Of a stretch of DNA of 64,000 nt, positions 54,806 through 64,000 are shown piece after piece. The DNA lies in IMG/VR virus record IMGVR_UViG_3300036766_002289, positions 186,001 through 250,000 of that record; one strand, given 5' to 3'. Position numbers and translations under genes: made by a program. The notes beneath the pieces are model-generated. The model did no database searches. It saw only the letters and a list, made by a program, of their open reading frames with translations, and had not been told where the DNA came from. Position 1 is the stretch's first letter; every line of letters starts with the position of its first letter.

Positions 54806-57800
54806 AGGTGTCCAATGGAAACGGTTGTCCTAGACTCCAACATAGTAAGAACTATGTTGGAGGATGCTTTGTGCGATTATTACCTTGTGGATACATTCTT
54901 TAATCGTTTGTTCCATAGTGGACTAATTGCCAAGTATAGAACTGATATATTCAGGAAATATCAATTTGCTCGTTTGCAACTTGATATACGGCATAATGAT
55001 GAGTTGCAAGAACTGATTGATGATGTAGAAAGGGAGATTCTTTAGAATGAGAAAGAAAATTGATTTATCTATGAGCTTGCAGGATATTATTGTCTTGATG
55101 GCAGAAGGGAATCCTGGTGGACTCACCACACTAATAAAATTGGTGAAATTAAAAGGTGATGATGCTTTCCTTTCACTTCTTGCTTTAGATGATATGAATA
55201 TTCGTGGTTCACAGATTTGGGTAGGCTATAAGGACTTCGCTGGAGAAGATATCAACGAATTCCACGAAGCGATTCATCATCGACAGCAAGAAATGATTGT
55301 TAAGATTAATTCTGTTTGCGTAGAAGAAACTGCTGTTATTGGGGGCGCTTCTTGGGAACGGTAAGGACTATTATACTGAGGTAATCAAGAATGTGCGAGC
55401 ATTGCAAGAGGAAGCGTGAAGTTACTACATGCACTGTTTGTGGAAAACAAACTTGTAATAGGTGCGGTCTTAATGTTGGCCCAGATGATGGCCCTTGGGT
55501 TTGCACTGGTGGTGGCAAGTGCCATTTCATCGTTAGACAGGAAATGCTCAAAATGGTGCGGAAATGATAATTAAAATATTAAAGCCATGTTGGACTGAGG
55601 TTTCAGATGAATTGTACGAAGTAATTGAGAAATATTTCTCTGATGGCAGACTTATTTGTTGCCAGGATATCCAAGAAGCAACTGAAGTTGGAACGAAGAT
55701 AAGCAATGAGGCGGATGCTTTACGTAAAGAGCATGGACAATTTTTGTTTATGACAGATGAATCTGGAGCATTTTCATGACACATCATATATCAGGATTCA
55801 TTGGGCCAACCGCTCATTTGCAGGAACAAACAAAGGATTTAGCTAATGCTAAAGTGATTCCTTTGGCACAGGGATTGGCATTTCTCCCATTGGGTAACGC
55901 ATTATATGAAGAGATTTGGAAGATTAATCCACATCCAATGAAATGGCTATCCAAAAAGTTCTCTGTCCCTGTTGCTTGGATTGAAACTGATTACTTTGGT
56001 GGTGCAGGTAATCAAAATGCTATTCTTTGGAAAGATGGCAAGAAACGAAGATACCGTGACAGTATAGATGCTGCCCTAGATGCATTAGGAGTTGTTTGCG
56101 AAGGTGATAAGGATGAATTTGATACATTAGGCTTGGGGCACCATCGCACCAATGAATCTTGGTTAGGCATAGATGAATAAGAGAAGTAAAAAGATTTGCC
56201 CAAATTGCCACGTTTCTGGCTACATTCATGATGGCTGGACATGCACGGGTATTCCGCATTTCACTTGTCAAAGCTGCAAATCGGATTGGACTGCTGGCAT
56301 TTACGGTAATCCTTACTACGAAAATGCTCTGAGCCATCCAAAACAAATCATTATTCTTGGCTGGACACAAGAGGACTACAATGAGTATAATCTAAAATTG
56401 GATGGTAGAGCAGTCCATTTTGAAAGGAAAGAAAGATGAATAGAAGAGAAGTTTTAGGAAGTATTGGTGGGGTTATTGGTTCCGCCGCAATTGCGGTGGC
56501 AGCAGACACTACCGAACCAACCGAAATTAGAATATTCTGATTTATTCCCAAGTCATCAGCGATATACACCATCAAAATGTGCTTATTCACATCATCCAGG
56601 TTGGAAGCCAGTGATGAATGCCAAGGAAATGGCACACCTTCTTGCATACTCAATAAGTGCAAATCCAGAAAATCAATGCCAAGTATTTCCAGTTTACAGG
56701 ACAGCATAATGGGAAATCATGAATATTGTACAGATTGCGGGGCTAATGACTTTCATCATGGACGCCCATGTGACCCAGACAGATTAGCAAAGAAAAAAGC
56801 AAAAGAAGATATTCAAAACAAGGCTCAAGCTGATGCTCTTAAAAGATTAGTAGCATTGAAAGAACAACTAGAAAGCCAAGGAATAAAAGTACAATGGGAT
56901 TGGCATGGTGAGGGTTTAGTAATATATTGGTGGGATAACTAATGAAAGTTTTCGTATTAATATCGGTAGGTTCATGGGGACCAATACCAGCCAATTTTGA
57001 AGAAGATGGTGTTTATCGGCATTATGAAGACAAACTTCATATCTATAAAGATGATGATGGAAAATTCGGCGTCACTGAAGCTTGTGCATTAGGTTATTTA
57101 AGAGATTTGCGTTGGATTCCAGAGAATGAGTATTTGCCTTTTATTCAGAACGCGGAAGTTGGAGAAATGATTTTGTTAAAGAATATATATGCCCTTATTA
57201 GATTAAAGGACTACTCAGAATGAAAAACTACTTCAAAAACTTGGCAAAATTCCTTTACGTTTCATTCATCTATGGTGTCATCCTAGTGTCTGGCATTATA
57301 GTTTCGTTTATTTTAATAACTGCTGGTGCATTTTGGCTGGCGTGGCCATACTTCCTACTTCATTACTCGCCTTGGTGCGCCTTATTGTTCATACTTAGCT
57401 TTGGGTCGTTCCTTTATCTTACTTCTAAATTGGATGATTATTGATGACAGTATCGCATAGAAAACCAATGCGGTCAATTCTCGGGGCTATTGGCAAAAGA
57501 CCCTGTGAAGTCAAACTACAAGCCATCCTGCAAGAACTTGGTAACAGAGTCATTGTTAATAAAGTATTCCGTACTCTTGGTGACTTCCGCATAGGGCTTA
57601 AACAATTAGGACATATCCCAGACTGGAAATGGGAATACCGTTTCTTACTAGATTTTAAGGAAAAAACTATTGCCCAACTCGCAAACACGGCTAAAGAACA
57701 GAATATACCAGAAATAGTACACACTCATGCTCTTTGCTGTCTAGCAGCCTATTTCCGTGAAACAGTGCGAAAACGTTCACCACATTAGAAGAAATATGAA

Positions 57801-58415
57801 CTACTTCCCACCACCGAATGCGAAAGCCAATTGGACTTACGGGGACCGTAGGACTACCCTTTATAAGCATTGGTATATGTCCGTAACCCATACTGTTAAA
57901 GACTTTAGGGCTATGGTGTGGCAGTTTGCCCAAAATAAATGCATATCTAGAAGGAAAAGTGGTTTCAAAACAGAAGAACTAGCAGTAAAATGGTGTGAGA
58001 ACAAAGTAGAAATGGAAATAGTAGACGCCAGTTTAACTCCGCAGTATGCAGGTTCAGGAATATGACATATTTAGTTTTGTATCTAGCAATTGGCTTTTTT
58101 GTTGCTGTTTCATCTTTATCATTGATAGATGACGCACCAACTTGGGCCAAAGTTACGTGTTTTTTAATTGACTTGTTTTTGTGGCCATTACACCTGTTGG
58201 TTGCAGCAGGCATATGGATATTACAGAGGACTAAAAAATGACAATCGAAGAAATGATTAAGCGGGATAACAGAACTTGGGAAGAAATGTCTTTAAGGGAA
58301 AGAGTTAGTCTTTTTCTTAGGCATAGCAGAGATTGTGAAGTTCATAATAGATGGCCAGTAAAACCATGTGATTGTGGCTTAAGCATAGTCAGTGCTGAAT
58401 TGGATAAGATTCTTG

Positions 58416-58560
58416 GCGGTTGATGGTAAGTGGCAAACCAACGGTGAAGGGCCGCTCTGGGACCAATACAACGACAAAAAGTATTCGAGTGATTCGCGGT
58501 GACTCGGAAAAAGTATGTCAATACGTACCTGGCGAGAAGGTTCGATTCCTTCCAACCGCA
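58416..58560 (+). ncRNA. tRNA-like RNA (145 nt) with expanded central region
   Basis: Acceptor stem GCGGTTG/CAACCGC plus discriminator A; D arm GGT-AAGTGGCAA-ACC; T arm GAAGG-TTCGATT-CCTTC; about 95 nt between D and T arms; no encoded CCA. Confidence 0.75.
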
Positions 58561-58563
58561 CTT

Positions 58564-58579
58564 ATACCTTAGTTGTACC
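58564..58579 (+). promoter_or_regulatory. 16-bp motif copy 7 (ATACCTTAGTTGTACC)
   Basis: Directly after the tRNA-like RNA; ATG at 58581. Confidence 0.75.
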
Positions 58580-58778
58580 AATGATGATAAGAAACGAACA
58601 ACGTGATAAAGAAATTGAACTAGGTGGTGCTGTTTACGCTGCCTGTATCAAGATTTTTGAAGATATGGAACATGAAGAAGAAGTTTATGGGAATGGACAC
58701 CACATGGCCCAAGATGTAGCTGCTTTTGCTGAACATTTGTTAAATGAGCGATGGCGAGATAAATTAGGTGGAGCCTAC

Positions 58779-58794
58779 TTAGCTTAGTTGTACC
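58779..58794 (+). promoter_or_regulatory. 16-bp motif copy 8 (TTAGCTTAGTTGTACC)
   Basis: Followed by AGAGGA and ATG at 58805. Confidence 0.75.
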
Positions 58795-59160
58795 AGAGGA
58801 AAGCATGGATACCGATAATTTGATCCTTCTTTTGGACAAATTGACCAAGCATTGCTACGTCAAGCAAAAGTATTGCATAGATGATTGTAAGGGATGTGGT
58901 GGGTTGCGCGGCAACCATGCAATGAGTTGCTATGTAGAGGAAGCAGAAAAAATCGTAAAGCAATATAACACTAAAACAGAAGAATTTGCTTTAGAGGAAG
59001 TGAAATGAAACTGTTTCTTTTTGGTCTTTGGCTAGGTCTAACCTTCGGCAGTACAATAACTTACATCGTTTGTGACCTTAATCGGCCTAAGATCAGAATT
59101 GAAGTGCGGACTTTACCTTCACCCTGTTATGTTCCAGTTGGGCGATGAACGGAGAGTATA

Positions 59161-59694
59161 ATGAATATTGTAGAAAATGCCGATAAGATTGCTGAAAAAG
59201 CCCATAAGGGGCAGCTTCGCAAGTGGAGCAATAATGTGCCGTACATTGTCCACCCAATTGGAGTTACCGAAAAAGTTAAGACTCTTGATGGTGTTGACGA
59301 TATTGATCTGGCGGCGGCAAAATTGCATGATGTTCTTGAAGATTGCGGCGAACATTGGGCCGCTGTTATTGAGGAAGAATGCGGCAAGGAAGTTCTCGAT
59401 TTAGTTAAGGAATTAACGTTCCCGACAGAAGGCGCGGAATGGGCCAATCGTTCCCGCGCAGAAAAGAATGTTATTCGATTTGCTCAAATGGAGCGAATGA
59501 CGCAAAGGGCCAAGCGTATTAAGATGGTTGATCGTTGGTATAATCTCAACGACATGAAGAATGCTCCCTATAAGCTTATCAAGAAGACCACTGAGGAATC
59601 TTGGAAGCTTTTGGAAATCTGCGGCGGTGCAGATAAGGCAATGGCCAAAGAACTTGAGGAAGCAATTAAAAACTTGGAAAGGCGGCTCAACTAG
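59161..59694 (+). CDS. RelA/SpoT-type HD hydrolase (small alarmone hydrolase/Mesh1-like)
   Basis: AHKGQLRK...PYIVHP..V, AAKLHDVLED, VKELT, IKMVDRWYNL. Confidence 0.85.
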   Translation: MNIVENADKIAEKAHKGQLRKWSNNVPYIVHPIGVTEKVKTLDGVDDIDLAAAKLHDVLEDCGEHWAAVIEEECGKEVLDLVKELTFPTEGAEWANRSRAEKNVIRFAQMERMTQRAKRIKMVDRWYNLNDMKNAPYKLIKKTTEESWKLLEICGGADKAMAKELEEAIKNLERRLN

Positions 59695-59697
59695 CTC

Positions 59698-59713
59698 ATA
59701 GCTTAGTTGTACC
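59698..59713 (+). promoter_or_regulatory. 16-bp motif copy 9
   Basis: ATAGCTTAGTTGTACC, intergenic. Confidence 0.75.
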
Positions 59714-60146
59714 GTTGTTCTTAGAAAGGCGGTTGAATTAACATGGGCTATTGTGCGTGGATTCAAAAGGCTGAGTTCAGCATTCTTTCGGAACGAATCC
59801 CAGAAGCTTTTGCTGCTGTAATGGCTTCTAAAGGCTGTTATCATTCTCCGAAGAATGCTGTCAAAGATGTTAAACATTTTGAACATCTTCCGCTTTTGCT
59901 TCAGTTTACCGAGGCTGTCAAAGCCACATATGGTTTTGTGTTGACGCCTAATAAGTCTGGGGATATTGACAAGATTTCCCATGAATGGGAAAAGGTGCAT
60001 GGTGATGAACTTTGGGAAGCACTTGCACCCTTCGTCAAAAGTGGTTCTTATATTCAATGGTGCGGTGAAGATGGTGAAAAATGGCGGAATGTATTCCAAG
60101 GTGGGAAAACCAAGCAAGTTAAGCCAGTTTTAACCTGGCCCGAGTG

Positions 60147-60162
60147 ATAGCTTAGTTGTACC
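60147..60162 (+). promoter_or_regulatory. 16-bp motif copy 10
   Basis: ATAGCTTAGTTGTACC, at gene junction. Confidence 0.75.
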
Positions 60163-60207
60163 TTTACAAATGTGGTTTTTGTGGTAGAATATAAAAGGAG
60201 GCTCATT

Positions 60208-60513
60208 GTGGATGATCTGTTGCAGTATCTTCGGAAGCGACGTGGCGGCAAGCGTATGCGTGCTGGTGTTATGATTGCACGCAAGGTCAAGAAGAACAAG
60301 AAGGTTAAGGTTCTGATTGGCTGGAGTAAGTGTAAGCTTGCCGTCGATAAGTTTGATGTTGTTCTTGGTAAGGAAATTGCTGAGGGTCGTATCTTTCAGA
60401 AGTTGCTTGGCAAGAGCAAGAGTAAGGTTCCGCATTCCATCAGGGATTCGGTCAAGGAATTCGTGGAGCGGGCCAAGCGTTACTTCAAGACTGAGAATGT
60501 CAAGGTTGCCTAA
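60208..60513 (+). CDS. Small highly basic protein
   Basis: AAGGAGG RBS before GTG; Lys/Arg-rich; lies between motif copy 10 and a terminator. Confidence 0.7.
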   Translation: MDDLLQYLRKRRGGKRMRAGVMIARKVKKNKKVKVLIGWSKCKLAVDKFDVVLGKEIAEGRIFQKLLGKSKSKVPHSIRDSVKEFVERAKRYFKTENVKVA

Positions 60514-60519
60514 ATCAAG

Positions 60520-60556
60520 AGCCTTTGTGCATACGATATGCACAAAGGCTTTTCTT
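60520..60556 (+). terminator. Rho-independent terminator
   Basis: 14-bp stem AGCCTTTGTGCATA/TATGCACAAAGGCT followed by TTTCTT. Confidence 0.85.
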
Positions 60557-62372
60557 GGATTGTTTTATGAAAACATATCGTGAAGAAGTAATCGTTAAAA
60601 AGGTTGTTCAGGACACAATTTGTAATTGTTGTGGAAAACCTGCCGTCTTTCGAGATAATAGTGATTATTGTAGTCTGCACTGGTATTGTGAAGTTAAAAT
60701 TAATTGGCAAAATCATGGGTCGTTTCCTGGTCAACAATCAGGCGTGTCAGAGTATGATATTTGTCAAACGTGTTTTACCGAAAAGGTAAAACCACTTTTT
60801 ACACTGCCCCCAAATGCACGAGTATATGATTCCGATAGTAATTCCACTACGGTTACACCTTAAAGGAGTCTTAAATGCCTGAAAGTATTTTGCATCGTGA
60901 AGTCTTTGTTTTCAATAAACATGACAATGGCGGCGAAAGTTTGTCGCTTGCCATTGAATACTTTGACAATGGGGATGCTGCTGCTGGTCTGCCAGATGGC
61001 ATTATCATGAATCAAAAATTGTCTCTGCAAAGTTATTGTAATACTGCCTCTTTTGAGCTTGCAGGTGCCCAATTCACTCCTGAAAATCTGCGTGAACTCG
61101 CCAATGTTATGGAACGTGGACAGAATATTGCCCTTAGCAAGGTAAATCAATGAACTACGAAGCCTTAAAACCATTTTTGGAAGCTGCGATTGAAGGCTAC
61201 GTTGCGTCAGACCGTGGGCAATTTATGCCAAATAATCCATATGCTCAATTTGGGATACAACCTGGGATGGAAGATAAGGCTTTAATGGGTGCGGCGTGGT
61301 TCTTTGGTTATTGGGAACGTGCTTACTGCCGTAACGGGGAAGAAGGAGTTTTCAAATGATAGCATATACCATATTGCCGAAAGATAGTAATTTTACGGAT
61401 GGTCTAGTTGATTTTTCTCTTAAACTCGGCATGATTTATCCTACTTTGAATCTTGCGATGCAAGAATTCATGACTGTTCCATATGCTGTTAAAGAGCATG
61501 TGGTTTTAGAATTTGAATTCACTAAGGATGAAGAACTCATTGCTGCCGTGAATTCAACCAATATGGGAAGTCATATGCATAAATTCCATGTTAAATGGCT
61601 GGCTGTTTATGATAGGAAGAAATTGTCATGAATGACTGGACTTATGATGAAGTTGCCGATACCTGGCTATATGGCACAGAAAACTGTGGCTGTGGCGTCT
61701 TTAATGACGGCAACGGTTGGGAAGGCAATGTTGTTATCAGTAGTGAACATATGATTTTAGGCATCGGTCCCCTGCCCACCAAAGAACAAACAATGGAAGA
61801 GTGTATTAAACAATTGAATAAACTAAAGGAGGATTTATGCTGAGTTTAGTTAACCTAATCCTTATTCCGTTCCTTATGCTTTATGAAGGGTGGGTTATCC
61901 ACCTTATGTGGGGTTGGTTTGTCACTTATACTTTCGGTGTAATCCAACCTAATGTCTTGACCTGCGTTGGGTTAAGTGCGCTTAATTCACTATTATTTCC
62001 ATCTGCAATTCCATCAACCGATACTTCCCCAGAGAAGGCTTTTGACGCCATTTTAGGTATTTTTGCAAAAGTTACGGTCGTCTTGGTTACTGGATTTGTC
62101 TTGCATTTCTTTATTTAAGGGGATGTAATGACTGACGAACAAATTGATTTCTTGTACAAAGTTCTGAGTCTAACCAAGATGAAGGTATTTCTCAGGGATG
62201 ATGGCGTGTTTATCCCCGTTACTGCCATTTCCATGAATTTCGTGGATAAGGATTCAGAGTTTGCCGAACCAGTTGCATGGTTGGGTGGTCTACCTGGCTC
62301 GGGCCGTTGTGCTGCATTAAGTTGTGTTGAGCCTAGTGATTTCCAAATTATGAGTAGTGGGGAGTGTTTCTA

Positions 62373-63332
62373 ATGGGACTTAGTAACGAAGAACGCTATA
62401 ACAAAATCATTTATAGCATCAATAATATCGTTGAACTTTCAGATTCCTTAAGCCAAGATACAGCTAAGCTTAAGAAGCTTGCTGGAAGTCTTTGGTATGC
62501 TTTCCTGAAAAAGGATTCCAACGGGGCATTCTGGATTTTTGGGTCTGAACTTTCTAATGACTATATGCCAGCAGGTTCCCTTGTTGGGGCAGCTTTTGAG
62601 GCCCATAAGCCACATAAAGAGGCTTTTGAAGCCGACAGTGAAGAAGACACGTATTACGATCATTATAAGGTTTTGAAGCACTTTGTTGATATTGAACAAT
62701 TACTTGATAAGGAAAAGCGTGCAGTATTGCTGATTCATCTTCATACGCAGAATATCGCGTATGCCCTATGTCGATATAAAGATGAATTCATGGATAGGTT
62801 TGAAGACCTGAATTTTCTCATTAGAACCATGCAGGGTGAATGCTTCAATTTAATGAAGGAAGACAATGATTATGTTCATGCCTGGATGCTGCATAATCTC
62901 TGCGATAAAGTCTACACCATGAAGGAAGATGATATCGTAAATCAATGGTGGACCAATGATTGTAATTCCCACGATATCCGTATCCATCATGATAAGTTTG
63001 ATGAAGTGTTCAATCTTTTCAAGAAGTATCAGTTTCGCACGTTGACAGTGCAAGACCGTATTGACATAACTCTTGTCTTAATGGGTGCAAAATATGGTGA
63101 GTTTGAACACCAACACAAGAAGTTCGTTGAAACGGTAAATGCTTACAATGAAAAGCATGTCTCTCGCGGAGAAGACTCCGTTCCATTGGTTAATGTCCAA
63201 GCCATTGAAGATGCTTTCAAGGCTGGCAAGGAAGCAAAGGCTAAGAAATTGGATGAGCCTTATGAGCGTGAATGTAGTTTCACTCATAACTATGTTAATC
63301 GTAAGGGCGAAGTGGAGAATTACTTTGAATAA
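62373..63332 (+). CDS. Hypothetical protein (about 319 aa)
   Basis: Long ORF in the tiled operon; start MGLSNEER overlaps the upstream stop. Confidence 0.65.
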   Translation: MGLSNEERYNKIIYSINNIVELSDSLSQDTAKLKKLAGSLWYAFLKKDSNGAFWIFGSELSNDYMPAGSLVGAAFEAHKPHKEAFEADSEEDTYYDHYKVLKHFVDIEQLLDKEKRAVLLIHLHTQNIAYALCRYKDEFMDRFEDLNFLIRTMQGECFNLMKEDNDYVHAWMLHNLCDKVYTMKEDDIVNQWWTNDCNSHDIRIHHDKFDEVFNLFKKYQFRTLTVQDRIDITLVLMGAKYGEFEHQHKKFVETVNAYNEKHVSRGEDSVPLVNVQAIEDAFKAGKEAKAKKLDEPYERECSFTHNYVNRKGEVENYFE

Positions 63333-64000
63333 GTTACCAGCACAATTTGCTCATATTGGAGATGAAGCTGAATTTCAACAAACATTGATGAGCAATGCCG
63401 TTGTAATTTATGAATCGGTCAAGGAAAATCCAGGCATTAAACTCCTTGATGGGACGGATCATCTTACAGCTTTAACCTTCAGGCGGCTGGTCTATTAGAG
63501 GAAAAAGATAGTAAATGGTCCGTTACAGGCAGGGACGCTTTGCAAGTTGCCTATCCTAAAATTATGCCAATCCAAGGTGGTTTATACCATATTTGGTCAC
63601 GCAACTTTAATTTAGGCGTTTTTAGGAAAGGTAGATTCATAGGCATTCGTGAAAAGTTTGGTAGTATGCGTTTGGATTGTGAGCATAATTTTAATGTAAA
63701 GGAATTTCTTGAGCAATGTCCCACAGAAGTTCTAGAAAGCGCTCAATTCAATCTTGAGAACATAGCTTTATTTAATTGGTTGTCGCAGAAAGTAATTCAA
63801 TATGGGAGCAAAATCCAATAAGATGAAGAAAAAGGAACTTCAAGAAAAGAAGTTCCGTTTAGAACAACAACAGGTGGTTCCACCCCCACCTGTTGTTCAT
63901 GTTTTTAAGACCAAAGTGCGTAATATCGCAAAAGCAATTGAAGAGATTTTTGCTGGCACGACTAAATTTGAGTATGGAGAGCAAAAACTACGTAATATTG

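Larger units (their letters stand above)
1..64000 (+). mobile_element. Segment of a large (jumbo/huge) bacteriophage genome, accessory/early gene region
   Basis: Dense unidirectional tiling of short hypothetical ORFs, rIIA/rIIB-like genes, multiple HNH endonucleases, sigma-like factor, RNA ligases; no housekeeping operons. Confidence 0.9.

Noticed and set aside
53707-54810. Diversity-generating retroelement TR/VR pair
   Set aside because: Differences are not adenine-specific, both copies are full ORFs, and no reverse transcriptase is seen
58416-58560. tmRNA, tRNA-Sec or a standard tRNA with an assignable anticodon
   Set aside because: It has a D stem and is too short for tmRNA; the 7/5 acceptor/T stems and lack of a 7-nt UCA loop argue against tRNA-Sec; no canonical anticodon arm
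12848-60162. 16-bp motif as a CRISPR repeat
   Set aside because: Too short, irregularly spaced by whole genes, and no cas genes
1-64000. Genome-wide stop-codon reassignment
   Set aside because: Recognisable genes are intact in code 11 and end at TAA, TAG and TGA; only one internal TGA was noticed

Overview
The window looks like 64 kb of a large (jumbo/huge) dsDNA bacteriophage genome. It is AT-rich and uses standard code 11. Well over 100 mostly short ORFs are densely tiled, almost all on the + strand with ATGA-type overlaps, and there is one convincing minus-strand gene. No capsid, terminase or polymerase genes are recognisable, so this is an accessory/early region. Recognisable products are T4 rIIA/rIIB-like proteins, a sigma70-like factor, a RuvB-like ATPase, ArdC, RNase H, PyrD, two RNA-ligase-fold proteins, five HNH-type endonucleases, a MazG-like protein, an ADP-ribosylglycohydrolase, a DarG-like macrodomain, two RelA/SpoT-type HD hydrolases, a stand-alone class II aaRS-like domain, a Clp N-domain protein, a SET domain, an intradiol dioxygenase-like protein, a pyruvyltransferase and a DegT-like aminotransferase. 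The most interesting signal is outside the protein calls. (1) A non-palindromic 16-bp motif, ATAGCTTAGTTGTACC, occurs 10 times, always at gene junctions and co-oriented, upstream of the sigma factor, RuvB-like, rIIA/rIIB and other genes; several of these have distinct codon usage and degron-like C-termini. (2) A second promoter class reads TTKACA-N12-GTAG-TAnnnT. (3) A T4-late-like nTAHATA element lies 4-5 nt before ATGs, including proteins with capsid-targeting-like N-termini. (4) A 145-nt tRNA-like RNA has its anticodon region replaced by several hairpins. (5) Short direct repeats spanning RBS and start codon bracket individual genes. Most small ORFs are hypothetical and are not listed. All calls come from motif recognition by eye; no database search was run.
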